A stretch of 54,030 nt of DNA from Escherichia phage BSBP01. This document shows positions 38,635 to 48,590 of the stretch, piece by piece (the stretch's first letter is position 1; each line of letters starts with the position of its first letter). A program made the translations under genes and the position numbers. The notes under the pieces were generated by a model. It was not told the DNA's origin. It ran no database searches and saw only the letters and a list, made by a program, of their open reading frames with translations. The stretch is from the sequence record PQ231202.1; one strand, written 5' to 3'.

Positions 38635-39919
38635 TTGCGTTACCCTTTTGGATGTTAGGAGGATTAGGATTTGGCTTGCCAAGGTCACAAGTTCCGAACA
38701 CGCCCGAATGGAACATGACTTCGTTTGCAACTTCGGCAGTGATAGTACCGTTGTTAACCAGCAGGTCAACAGCAAATGCCAAATCTTTAGCTCGCTTCGC
38801 TTTCTCAACGTTGGATTCAGGGAAGATATCTAACCATTCGTAGTTATATTCTTCGATGCCAAAGTGCGCCTGGACAATCTTGTCTACCACATCTAAACGA
38901 GGGTCGAACACAGAAGTCTGCAAGCCTGTCAACAAGTCGATATAGTTTACGAGGTCAGATTCGCCCGTAGCATTCATACCGTCTGGAGATGCAGAAAGGA
39001 AACGTGTAGCCGGAATACCAACTGCGGCAGCAACTATCTTCAAGTATTCCCAAATCAAATCTTTCACACCAGACAGTGCAATTGACTTGGTGTCATACTT
39101 CTCAGTATTGTCGAGAATTAAGACATTATAAATACTCTTTGCCAGCTTCATAAGTTTGAAGCGCTTCATCACAGCAGCTTCACCTTCCGGTGATGTAAGC
39201 AGAGATTGTAAGCCTTCGACAGTTACCACATCAATGGTGGCTTCTTGGGCGAGGCTGGCAGCAGCAGCAGCAGTTGTGTAGAATTGGTCAATCGTTTTCA
39301 GCAGTGGAATAAGTACCGAATCGGAATACCACATGTTACGTTGGAATTCGAACAGCGGCAGTTCAGTACCCTCGAACCGAAGGAAACGAGTGTAGTGGAT
39401 ATAGCCGGGATACCCAGCCAAAGTGTAATACTCTGGCAAACCATAGTGAGGACTCAAAGGGTCCAGAACCATAGTCCCTGCGGCAAATAAGCGTGAGCGG
39501 TCAATAACTCTCATGGATTTAATACATCCAGTCTTCAAGTTATCCAGTCGCAATGGTGTATCAAGTTTTCCCGTACCTTTCAGGTCGAGCAGAACAAATG
39601 AAGTACCATACAATCTGGCCCATTGATATGCCTCACGGAACAGCTTACGAATACGAAGTTTCTTATCCGCTTTGCGTCCTTCTTCACTATCAATATGTCG
39701 CCACTTACGCGTCATGTCTTGAGGAATGACGGTACACACTTTCTGTGCAACCCAATCCTCACGGAAGCGGTTCATAAGTTCGCGATAGTTCGCGTTCTTG
39801 TTTGAGAAAGTCCACTGGTTGAAAGTAGACTTATCTGCTTGACCGCCCAACCCCGTTACAAGGTTTTCTAACCCATCTGCAACTTTAACAGAAAGATTGT
39901 TTTTCTTCTTGGAAGTCAT
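38603..39919 (-). CDS. Portal protein
   Basis: 438 aa immediately downstream of the terminase large subunit. Confidence 0.65.
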   Translation of the reverse strand: MTSKKKNNLSVKVADGLENLVTGLGGQADKSTFNQWTFSNKNANYRELMNRFREDWVAQKVCTVIPQDMTRKWRHIDSEEGRKADKKLRIRKLFREAYQWARLYGTSFVLLDLKGTGKLDTPLRLDNLKTGCIKSMRVIDRSRLFAAGTMVLDPLSPHYGLPEYYTLAGYPGYIHYTRFLRFEGTELPLFEFQRNMWYSDSVLIPLLKTIDQFYTTAAAAASLAQEATIDVVTVEGLQSLLTSPEGEAAVMKRFKLMKLAKSIYNVLILDNTEKYDTKSIALSGVKDLIWEYLKIVAAAVGIPATRFLSASPDGMNATGESDLVNYIDLLTGLQTSVFDPRLDVVDKIVQAHFGIEEYNYEWLDIFPESNVEKAKRAKDLAFAVDLLVNNGTITAEVANEVMFHSGVFGTCDLGKPNPNPPNIQKGNASEAKPKPGSA

Positions 39920-40143
39920 TATTTCTTCCTTAGAATAGTTCCATTACCCTTAACAATTTGAATGTTGTCGGAGGTGTGGAGTCGCAGATTCGACTCGTGC
40001 TTTAACTTAACACAGTCGCTCTCTGTGGTAGAAACTGCCTCAATCACACATAAAATGTTTCCTTCCAAATCTTGAATCTGGAAGGAGTTGTTCTTGCGTG
40101 AGCGGGCATCTAAACGAGTGATAACCGCCATATTTACATCCAT
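39919..40143 (-). CDS. Hypothetical protein
   Basis: 74-aa ORF between terminase and portal. Confidence 0.35.
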   Translation of the reverse strand: MDVNMAVITRLDARSRKNNSFQIQDLEGNILCVIEAVSTTESDCVKLKHESNLRLHTSDNIQIVKGNGTILRKK

Positions 40144-42179
40144 GCGGAGTAGTTGGCACTTGGGCCTGAGAATTCGATTGCAACCATATCTGAAACGTTA
40201 TCGACACAATCGTCGTGTCCAGTACCACTACCCAAAGAAGTGAATCCAAGTATTTCACGTCTAACATGGTCGATGTGTTCATGACCAGCAGGGAAGAATA
40301 TTCTCTTTTGCGAGAAATATGGGATTGCGTTAAGGAATCGAGTTACCTTGTCATTACCATTAATCCCATCACGAGGCAATGGCAAAACTCGGACACTCCC
40401 ATCTCTGATAAATTGTTGGTTCAAGAATTGTCCGGCAGACTTGTCTTCCATGTACAGTGCACGAGGAATACAACCTACGCATTTCAAGTCCAACTTGTTG
40501 CATTTGTTCCAGAAGTCGATGATAGCAGTCTTGAGTTCTGGAGTTTCAAACTTACCGAGCATAATATCTAAACAATAAACGTCACGCTCTTTAGTCACGC
40601 CCCAATGCTTAAGGACCGAATAATCAGAATAAGATTTGGCAGTTGATGCCGTATCCGCTGTAATAAAACTTCTGACTATGCGACTTCTGTCGAAAACGTC
40701 TGGCTCATACTCTTGCCACCAATCTTCTTTGATAAGGCCGTGGCCTTGTGCAGATGGGTCGCCAGCATACTGTGAATTGTATGTGTATGGGTTAGACTCT
40801 TTCATTGCCTCCAGAGATTCTAAGCTCTTACGTGAAGGCCATAATGCAGACTTCTCTTCCTTCCTGTTCAAATTATACAGAATGGGAATAGCATGAGTGT
40901 AGTTCTGCTTCTTGATTAACTTATCATACCATTCAGCACTTCCAACACCTTTCTCAATAATCGCTGGGATATTGAGATAATGGTATTTATCAGAAGAGCC
41001 ACCACGGAGTATATAACCAACTAAATCCTGGTCGTGAACCCGCTGCATGATGATAACCATTGGTGTACGGGCACACTTAATTTGGTTTCCGTACGAATCA
41101 GTTATGCAACCATCGTTGGCAAGGCGTGACATAAAGGTGTTATCAAATCGGTCGTTGATTTCTGCTCGAACTGTGTCAGAGTAGGCATCCTTAGGTTTGA
41201 TAACGTCATCCACCACGAAACAGCCAGAGTATTTTGCAACAAGAAGTCCAGCACCTTTACCAGTTAGCTTACCACCAGTAGGTACTGCGTGCATAACTCC
41301 AGCTTTGGTTGTACCCCAGCGTTCAAGAGAACGTTTGTTAGGGTCGATTCTCACCTTCGGGAATATTCGTTGGAACAGTGGGTCCATCATTACAGCACGG
41401 ATGTAACCACTCGATTCAAGAACAACGTCTTCTGCATACGAGGTGATAATGTTATGGCTTGATTCATTGTGGCAAAATGAATACAAGGGTAATGCGATAC
41501 TCATAAGCTGAGTCTTAGAGTGTCGTGGAGGAATGGTCACTATTAAGCGGTCAATCTCACCATCAACAACCTTCTGACCAACACTGAATATTACATCGTG
41601 AAAGTCTTGTGCTTGAAATGGAAATCCCATCTGAATATGGAACTGCCATTTACCAAAGGCTTCGAAACTTTTCATCAAGATTTTGCGAACACGTTCTGCA
41701 ACCTTGGCAGGGATTACAGTTGGGTCCACGTTATGTGGGTCATGCAGAATCTTGTCTACAAGTTCATCGGTGTTATCATGCTCCGAGTTTGGCTCCTCTA
41801 GTGTGGAACCTGCAACACGGTCAGTAACACCTGCTTGAATACCTTTCTTCAACTCATCTGCATAGGCAGTTGAGTCTTTCTTGTCGCCAGAGCGAAGACG
41901 CTCAAGTTGTGCTCTGAAAACGGAACGCAATACAGCATCGTTTTCAAGACCCTGGCCTTCTAACTCTGCTTGAATTTGTTCTTCATAGCTGTCAACTATT
42001 GCAGTATTTTCTGAAATATATCGACGGAGCAATGGCAAAGATAGAATACAGAATCTTTCTCTTGAGACTTTTAATACGTCACCGTAGTGCTTGGCAAGAT
42101 ACGAGGCTACTGTATCATTAAACTCCGGTCCGAGGTCATCAGTCTTTGACATTGATTCGTTCTCTTTGTTTTTAATCAC
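40134..42179 (-). CDS. Terminase large subunit
   Basis: ATPase P-loop-like TIPPRHSKTQ and C-terminal nuclease motif GHDDCVDN. Confidence 0.85.
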   Translation of the reverse strand: MIKNKENESMSKTDDLGPEFNDTVASYLAKHYGDVLKVSRERFCILSLPLLRRYISENTAIVDSYEEQIQAELEGQGLENDAVLRSVFRAQLERLRSGDKKDSTAYADELKKGIQAGVTDRVAGSTLEEPNSEHDNTDELVDKILHDPHNVDPTVIPAKVAERVRKILMKSFEAFGKWQFHIQMGFPFQAQDFHDVIFSVGQKVVDGEIDRLIVTIPPRHSKTQLMSIALPLYSFCHNESSHNIITSYAEDVVLESSGYIRAVMMDPLFQRIFPKVRIDPNKRSLERWGTTKAGVMHAVPTGGKLTGKGAGLLVAKYSGCFVVDDVIKPKDAYSDTVRAEINDRFDNTFMSRLANDGCITDSYGNQIKCARTPMVIIMQRVHDQDLVGYILRGGSSDKYHYLNIPAIIEKGVGSAEWYDKLIKKQNYTHAIPILYNLNRKEEKSALWPSRKSLESLEAMKESNPYTYNSQYAGDPSAQGHGLIKEDWWQEYEPDVFDRSRIVRSFITADTASTAKSYSDYSVLKHWGVTKERDVYCLDIMLGKFETPELKTAIIDFWNKCNKLDLKCVGCIPRALYMEDKSAGQFLNQQFIRDGSVRVLPLPRDGINGNDKVTRFLNAIPYFSQKRIFFPAGHEHIDHVRREILGFTSLGSGTGHDDCVDNVSDMVAIEFSGPSANYSAWM

Positions 42180-42357
42180 AATCCACTAATGGCTGAGTTT
42201 GCACGGGATTGATGCGAATGATGCTGCCTAAACCAGAATCGGCCTTTAAATACAGGCGGTTTAGTGGCATGTATGAATCACAGATAGGACATTGCTGCGT
42301 TATGAAATCATCTTCTGCAATTTCATAATGGCAGTTTGGACATTGTATTGTGCGCAT
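42172..42357 (-). CDS. Small zinc-ribbon protein
   Basis: CPNC...CPIC. Confidence 0.4.
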   Translation of the reverse strand: MRTIQCPNCHYEIAEDDFITQQCPICDSYMPLNRLYLKADSGLGSIIRINPVQTQPLVDCD

Positions 42358-42412
42358 AAGCGACTCCGAATAAGATAGGAGGCCAGATAGCCTCCCTAAT
42401 TATGCGTGTCGC

Positions 42413-42742
42413 TTAATATTTAATATCGCTCCAGGCCATATCTTTATAGAAATCTTCAAGATATGCTTGGGTAGAACCAACAACCACCACAATCTTAAAT
42501 GGCAGTATCAGCGGCTTAACAGCCGACATTAAATCTTCGCGCCCACGCTTGATACGTTCGACGTTCTTGATTGTGTTTTCACCATGTGGAAGCATGAAAA
42601 CGATAACATCCGCACCTGTTTCATTGCGAACTGCAAGTGCACGGGTGAGATAAGTCCCGCCACCAGTAGAGGTGACATTAGACTTGAGGTATGCAAATTT
42701 AACTTTGCGGTTATTTACTACAACAGGTGAGGACAGTTTCAT
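42413..42742 (-). CDS. Hypothetical protein
   Basis: 109-aa ORF. Confidence 0.45.
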   Translation of the reverse strand: MKLSSPVVVNNRKVKFAYLKSNVTSTGGGTYLTRALAVRNETGADVIVFMLPHGENTIKNVERIKRGREDLMSAVKPLILPFKIVVVVGSTQAYLEDFYKDMAWSDIKY

Positions 42743-42759
42743 TTCAGATAGGTTCCAGA

Positions 42760-43359
42760 TTATTTGTAACGTTCGGCCCCATGAGTGTGGGAACCAGTGA
42801 TTTCAACAGTTCCTGGCAAAGACACTTTCACACCACCATCACCAGTAATAGAGATGCTGTGTGAGTGTAAACCGTCAGGAATATGTGGCCTTTCATGCGG
42901 TCCAAGTTCAACACGACCAGTCGAGCCAAAGCCACCTTCACCACGACCAGTTGCATTCAAGCGGTCAACTTCAACGAAATGGTGTTGAGTAGCTTTACTA
43001 ACTTGCACCTGACAAATACGTTCACCTGGTTGAACCACAAAGGCTGTGTCCGAGTCGTTGTGCAACTTAACCATAAGATTGCCACGATAATCGGAGTCCA
43101 GAATTCCTGTGCAATTTGCCAAGCGGATGCCAGACTTAAAGCCATGACCAGAACGGCTATGTACTTTGAGTTCGTATCCAACTGGAATCTCGAATTGGAG
43201 GCCAGTATCGAAAACAGCAGAGCAGCCGGGATTGATAACAACAGTGCTATCGGAGATAGTGCAAACGTCAGCAGCAGCAGCGCCAGCAGTAGCGTACACA
43301 GGTAATTTCGCATTGGGATGCACTCGTTTAACTGCAACAACTTGGGTCATACAAGACAT
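42760..43359 (-). CDS. dut: dUTP pyrophosphatase with about 45-aa C-terminal extension
   Basis: All five dUTPase motifs (AGAAAADV, RSG, GILDSDYRG, RICQ, RGEGGFGSTG), then extension ending SITGDGGVKVSLPGTVEITGSHTHG. Confidence 0.85.
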   Translation of the reverse strand: MSCMTQVVAVKRVHPNAKLPVYATAGAAAADVCTISDSTVVINPGCSAVFDTGLQFEIPVGYELKVHSRSGHGFKSGIRLANCTGILDSDYRGNLMVKLHNDSDTAFVVQPGERICQVQVSKATQHHFVEVDRLNATGRGEGGFGSTGRVELGPHERPHIPDGLHSHSISITGDGGVKVSLPGTVEITGSHTHGAERYK

Positions 43360-43361
43360 GA

Positions 43362-44000
43362 TTATTTCTCTACTTGATAAGTTACGCGTTCAATCCAGTT
43401 GAACACTTTGAATACAGAATCACCCACTTTACCATCAACTAAATGTTCGTCCACTGTTACGCGGGTAGGTGTGTCTGGGAGGTTGATGTATCTGCGAGAA
43501 TCGCCCGTGAAATCAAAACCATCACGATGCAAACGCACAATGAGGACAAAATCATAAGCAGACTCAATGGCAACGACTTCATCACCAAAACCGCCATCGG
43601 GATAAATGACATTAATAATGCCACCCATACGCCCCGCGAGTTCTTCAACACGAGCAGCTTCAACCTTACCGAAGTAGTCTTGTCCGTAGCGAGGTTTATA
43701 CACATCTTCGCTAACGTGAATAAGAGCCTGACGAGGTGTTCTGCCACCAAGACCTGCAAGGGAGATAGAGTCTTTGAGGTCACGGTCCGAAGCGTAGTGA
43801 ATAAACTTGTCCACATCAACTTGAAAGTGTTTGGCAGTATGCTCATACAGTGCATCCTTAAACTGGTGTTTAATGAACTTGCGCTTACCGAGAAAGTATG
43901 GTTCCTCGGCAGCAACAATCTTATTTGCGATGGTGTCTTTACCGCAGCCAGGAGGTCCATTGAGAATAACAGCTAGTCGCTTAATCAAAACTTTCCTCAC
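43362..44000 (-). CDS. P-loop nucleotide or nucleoside kinase
   Basis: Walker A ILNGPPGCGKDT; start uncertain because the longest ORF overlaps the ligase 3' end. Confidence 0.55.
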   Translation of the reverse strand: MRKVLIKRLAVILNGPPGCGKDTIANKIVAAEEPYFLGKRKFIKHQFKDALYEHTAKHFQVDVDKFIHYASDRDLKDSISLAGLGGRTPRQALIHVSEDVYKPRYGQDYFGKVEAARVEELAGRMGGIINVIYPDGGFGDEVVAIESAYDFVLIVRLHRDGFDFTGDSRRYINLPDTPTRVTVDEHLVDGKVGDSVFKVFNWIERVTYQVEK

Positions 44001-44736
44001 TTTTGTCTGCACGTAAACGAACGAGTGACGGGAACCGGAACTTACCAGCTTCTGTCTTCTCACGATATCGAACTTGCATAATCGAACCAATTAGCTCGTG
44101 GCGATGTTCCCACAACCACTTACGAATCAATGTGTTAGATTCTGGAATACCGTGGTCTGCCAGACAATCTTTCACCATTGAACCAGCACTGCCGTAGTTC
44201 GAAGAGATAGAACCACACATACCTTTAAGAGCACCAGTACCTTCTTTCATACCAGTAATCTTCACATCGGCGTATTTATATGGTACAATCTTCCACCACT
44301 TACCTTTTGCATCACGGACAATGATACCTTCATGACCAAGCGCCAGATATTTATCCATCAATGCCTTAAGGTTTTCATTGCTTGGGTCTTTGCACCAGCC
44401 GATGTACAAGCGTGGGTCAACAGCACCATCACTCAACTCATACACATTGTCCTGGGTTAGTGGGATGCTTGGCGGGTCAATACGTCCGAGGATGCTAGAA
44501 GTCTCATTCCAACTATTACGGAATATCTCAGCATCTCTGAACTGTAAGTGGTCCAAATGAGGTAGGGGTTTGGAATTACGACTCCAGACACTACCTGATT
44601 TATTACGGATAGCTCGAATTCCGTCAATCTTGATGAAGAGTTCACAGCGCCCTTTGATACGGCAGTCTGGGTCTTCCCAATCATGTGCGTGAGCCTTTGT
44701 GTATCTTGTACCATCATCGAGGAGCTTAATAGACAT
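43981..44736 (-). CDS. Compact ATP-dependent DNA ligase
   Basis: Motif I KIDGIR near residue 34, EGIIVR, WWKIVPYK, and motif VI-like FRFPSLVRLRADK. Confidence 0.6.
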   Translation of the reverse strand: MSIKLLDDGTRYTKAHAHDWEDPDCRIKGRCELFIKIDGIRAIRNKSGSVWSRNSKPLPHLDHLQFRDAEIFRNSWNETSSILGRIDPPSIPLTQDNVYELSDGAVDPRLYIGWCKDPSNENLKALMDKYLALGHEGIIVRDAKGKWWKIVPYKYADVKITGMKEGTGALKGMCGSISSNYGSAGSMVKDCLADHGIPESNTLIRKWLWEHRHELIGSIMQVRYREKTEAGKFRFPSLVRLRADKSEESFD

Positions 44737-45250
44737 TAAGATTCTTTCTCAGGTATTCTCGAACAGCATTCTTGCGTCCGATTTTGGTTTTAGGAACTGG
44801 CTCTATTTTAGCAAGATTGCACTTGGCAATTTGCTCTTCGTCAGACAATTTGGCAAATGCAATACACTTCTTCTCAATGACTGCATCACGTCGTGATACA
44901 CCATATCGTTCCATGTATGTAATAATGCCGTGACAATCTTTACACAGCAATTCCAAATCTTCTGGCTGAACCAGTAAAAGGTTGTCCACAAAGCGGTGCA
45001 GGTCTTCCAATTTAAGGAGGCCACCAACTTGGACTTTGTGGTTTACTTCAATATCTTTGAGCTTATACAACTTCTTGCAATGGTAGCATTGAATGTGGAA
45101 GATTGGTTTCTTTGAGTCACCAACCTTCAATGCAATGCGTCGAGATTGTATTAGCGCGAGTTTGCTTGGGTGTTTAGACCAAACACTTCGAATAGCAGAT
45201 TGGAGCCAAGATACAAACTTGGCTTCCGTTCCACAATAACCGTAAGCCAT
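44726..45250 (-). mobile_element. HNH homing endonuclease (free-standing)
   Basis: CYHC ... NH ... CKDCH pattern; between exonuclease and ligase genes. Confidence 0.65.
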
Positions 45251-45261
45251 TCCAACTCCAA

Positions 45262-46323
45262 TTATTTCTGGAGGTACTCTTCTTGAGTGAGGATACGATT
45301 CTCTTTAAGGTCAAAGTATTCGTTAATGTTCTTGTAATGCCACAAGCGAACACAATTACCTTTTTCAATTTGATGGTGCATGTAAACAAGACGGCCCACT
45401 TTGAGCAGCTCTTGTTCCCAACCATCTCCGAAGCGCACAATATATGCACCAATAACTTTCTTCAAACCTTCTGCATAGGAGGTTGTACCATCCAGCATCT
45501 CGAATGAAGCAACTGCACCAATGCCATCACGACGGAAATAAGTTTCTCCGGCTTTGGCACCAGTTTTGTAAATTCTTTCTTCAAGAACTCCGCAACCCAT
45601 AACGTTATCCGTTGAGTCGCCAATAAGCAATTGATGCAGGAAGAATTTGGGGCCATTGCCTTTAACTTCTTTCTTCTTCGACTTGCCATTATCCTTGATG
45701 ATTAATTTGAGTTCACCATAATCTTTAGGGATTACGATTTTCTCACCAATACCCTGGGTTTCACGTTCCCATTGGTAATGTTTGATTACTGGACCAACAC
45801 CACCGTTCTGCCCGATTTGGCGCAAGTCTTTGTCCAACGATGCAATCCAGACTTCATCATATGTGCAAGGACCAATGCGCTTGAGGCTCTTAATCTCATT
45901 ACGTTTGCCCATTGTTGCTTCGTATTCATGACGGGCGAATACAGCCAGAAGGTCATCTGCTTCCAGACCTTTCATCCACATCCCATTCCATGCAACCATA
46001 ATATGTGCTTTCGCATTCTTGAGGTTTTCTGGACGCCATACGTTATCACGGTTGCCCTTATAGTCAGGAGCAAATACGTGCCTCATGGTTTCAGATGGGG
46101 ATACAAAACTCATAATCTCCGTAGCGCCAGAGCGCTTGGCGAGGAACTCCATTTTGGAGTCTATGGACATTTGAATCTTAGCAAAGTTAATATCTTCGGG
46201 GTCTTTGCCATACTCTTCCGCAGCGCAGTGGCTGAATGCAACCATGTCTGCATCTACAAGAAGCAGAACTCGTTTCTTACTCACTTTGGTAAGCTCCAAA
46301 TTAAAGGCTCCCGAAGGAGCCAT
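45262..46323 (-). CDS. 5'-3' exonuclease (T7 gp6-like FEN)
   Basis: LLLVDADMVAF and LLIGDSTDNVMGCG motifs. Confidence 0.7.
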   Translation of the reverse strand: MAPSGAFNLELTKVSKKRVLLLVDADMVAFSHCAAEEYGKDPEDINFAKIQMSIDSKMEFLAKRSGATEIMSFVSPSETMRHVFAPDYKGNRDNVWRPENLKNAKAHIMVAWNGMWMKGLEADDLLAVFARHEYEATMGKRNEIKSLKRIGPCTYDEVWIASLDKDLRQIGQNGGVGPVIKHYQWERETQGIGEKIVIPKDYGELKLIIKDNGKSKKKEVKGNGPKFFLHQLLIGDSTDNVMGCGVLEERIYKTGAKAGETYFRRDGIGAVASFEMLDGTTSYAEGLKKVIGAYIVRFGDGWEQELLKVGRLVYMHHQIEKGNCVRLWHYKNINEYFDLKENRILTQEEYLQK

Positions 46324-46331
46324 ATTTATAA

Positions 46332-47198
46332 TTAGAACGGCATACCTGTACCGCCAGCAGCACCACCTTCCGCTTCACGCTGTGCTTTTGCAGCAGCCTG
46401 TGCTTCCAGTTCAGCTTTCATAGCTGCATCAACTTCTTCATCAGAAGCCTGATTCGGTACAGCGCCTTCATCGGCAGGTTTGCCGCCTAACAGTGCAGAC
46501 AGCTTGGTCTTGTAGAAATCAACACCGGAAGTAATACGGTTCTTGATTGCATACGGAGATTCGCCACCAGGCAGCTTGTTGAATACTTCCAGGTCCGGCT
46601 CAGACATGTCGAAGAAGACAGTCGGGTTAACCAGTGCTTTAGCTTCTTTCTTCTCTTTGGATTTCATCGGAGAGAAGGTAGCAACTTTGTTCGCAACCTG
46701 ACCCGCATTCTTACCTGACTGCTTGGTATATTGAACAATGCCAACAATCAGAGGTTCGCCCAACCAATCCGGCAGGTTCTTGGCAGGATGGCCCTGAATG
46801 CCTTGTTCCAGATTAGGTTTAACTTCCAGTGCATCAATCGCCTTAGCGAATTTGTAGATGTGGGAGTTCTCACCCATGAAGCCGTCAGCATTATAGGTAA
46901 ACTCAAAGTCAAACCAACGCGGCTTGTCTTCAAGATTCTTCGCCATCATGATGCCGTCATCTTCGTCTGGGTCTTGGACCATGACCATTTTACCTTCACT
47001 GTCAACTTCTTTCATGTACTCGTCGAGCAGTTCGAAAGTCACCAGAAGTTTCAGAGACGGGGTAGGATATTTAGCAGAACCAGGCTGTAAGCCCAGGTCG
47101 ATAATACGGCAAACACGAGCAGGATAACCACCCGCTTCCAGTAATGGTGCAGCAGAAGGAGTCTTGTTCGAGGCCAGTGTAGGAGCAGCAAATGCCAT
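46332..47198 (-). CDS. Putative ssDNA-binding or annealing protein (T7 gp2.5-like position), C-terminus ending PF
   Basis: 288 aa, acidic C-terminal region ending GTGMPF, located between polymerase and exonuclease. Confidence 0.35.
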   Translation of the reverse strand: MAFAAPTLASNKTPSAAPLLEAGGYPARVCRIIDLGLQPGSAKYPTPSLKLLVTFELLDEYMKEVDSEGKMVMVQDPDEDDGIMMAKNLEDKPRWFDFEFTYNADGFMGENSHIYKFAKAIDALEVKPNLEQGIQGHPAKNLPDWLGEPLIVGIVQYTKQSGKNAGQVANKVATFSPMKSKEKKEAKALVNPTVFFDMSEPDLEVFNKLPGGESPYAIKNRITSGVDFYKTKLSALLGGKPADEGAVPNQASDEEVDAAMKAELEAQAAAKAQREAEGGAAGGTGMPF

Positions 47199-47214
47199 TT
47201 TGAGTACCTTTAAA

Positions 47215-47460
47215 TTACAGTTGAGTGATAACTAGGGAGAAGTCCAGGTCGTTCATACAAGAGATTAACTCTTGCTCATTGACGACAGGACCAGATAAAG
47301 TTTTAATGAATGCCTGATACATTGAATTGGCAGCATAATCACTTCCAAATAATGTTCCAGCATTCTCGGTAATTACAGACAGCACAGCTTCCCGTGCGTC
47401 TTCACCTTTCTTGACAAAATGGAAATGGTCCACTTTGTCGAATATAGATACAACAACCAT
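47215..47460 (-). CDS. Hypothetical protein
   Basis: 81-aa ORF. Confidence 0.45.
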   Translation of the reverse strand: MVVVSIFDKVDHFHFVKKGEDAREAVLSVITENAGTLFGSDYAANSMYQAFIKTLSGPVVNEQELISCMNDLDFSLVITQL

Positions 47461-47954
47461 TAGTGAATCTCTGCGTAGTTATCGCCAAATTGTACATCAC
47501 ATGCACAATCACGATTGAGTTTAAGTTCTTTGTTGGTCCGGTCCATTGCTTCATTAAGCAAGTCCGTCCACAAATCACGGAAACCTTTCTTAACTTGGAG
47601 AATCAATTCATCATGGAATTGTCCAGACAGAAGCGGGTCACAGCCCCAACGTTCATTGCAAATTGCAATAATGTTGTTACACCAAATATCAAACACATAT
47701 GCACCAGTACCCTGACACAATGTGGAGAAGCGGTCTTTCTCGGTGCGCAATGAATACCAGAATTTGTTTACTGGATTCTGTTGCCACATCTGACCATCAA
47801 CTGTGATAACTTTGGTGTTTGCAGCAATCTCTTTAATAGACCAGTTCAAGTCCCAATATGCTTTATGCAGTCGTGCAGCAGTAGTCTGGTCACAGCCAGC
47901 AGAACGAGCTACAGTTGGCACACCAGCACCATATTGACCATTTACATTGTTCAC
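47460..47954 (-). CDS. DNA polymerase, C-terminal fragment (rest of motif B and motif C)
   Basis: Begins GQYGAG completing motif B; contains QFHDELIL motif C; ORF opens with GTG immediately after an in-frame stop. Confidence 0.75.
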   Translation of the reverse strand: MNNVNGQYGAGVPTVARSAGCDQTTAARLHKAYWDLNWSIKEIAANTKVITVDGQMWQQNPVNKFWYSLRTEKDRFSTLCQGTGAYVFDIWCNNIIAICNERWGCDPLLSGQFHDELILQVKKGFRDLWTDLLNEAMDRTNKELKLNRDCACDVQFGDNYAEIH

Positions 47955-48083
47955 ATGAAGTCGTTAATTTCATGCCGGAACGAATCCAGCTGCATGTCAC
48001 CATGCAGAGCAGACTATATCATCACCGACCTATGTCGGGTCCCCCGTTTCCACCCACTTGGGTGTACGCCTTACGGCTAGTCG

Positions 48084-48521
48084 TTACACGTTCATGAAAG
48101 CATCTTGACAATCGTGATGAAGCTGGTGGCAACGCTTACAAAGCAACTCAAAGTTGCTCCTAACATTATTGCTTCTATCATGGTCACGATGATGAATCAC
48201 ACGTTCCGTATAGTGTACGTTCAGCAGATTCTTACCACACCTTTCACAACACTTAAGTTCTTCAAGCATTTCCTTTCTGGCACGTACATATTCACCTTTG
48301 CCGGAAGAGTAGGTTTTGCTTTCTGGACCTTTTGCGTGTTCAAAGTTTCCAGTGCCAGCACCACAGTTTATACCTTTCTTAATACACTGATTAACATAAG
48401 AACGGTCTCTGCACTCTTGCGCTGCAATATCAGAACAAGGTTTGCACTTGGAACTTCTTGGTCCTGTGGGAATGAACATCTCTCCACAAGAACATTTCTT
48501 AGGTTGGTAATTTCTTTTCAT
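48084..48521 (-). mobile_element. HNH homing endonuclease inserted inside the DNA polymerase gene
   Basis: Cys-rich zinc motifs and HHRDHD..N..CKRCHQLHH; lies between the two polymerase fragments. Confidence 0.8.
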
Positions 48522-48590
48522 GCTTCGCTCGGTATTGTCTCTGCGGCAGAGAGTTCCACCGAATTAAAGGGATTTTACATGCGCATCAAT

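Noticed and set aside
42957-43340. 127-aa membrane-like minus-strand ORF
   Set aside because: Fully nested in another frame inside the dUTPase gene, which has all five catalytic motifs.
45772-46335. 187-aa plus-strand ORF
   Set aside because: Antisense to the 5'-3' exonuclease gene; shadow ORF.
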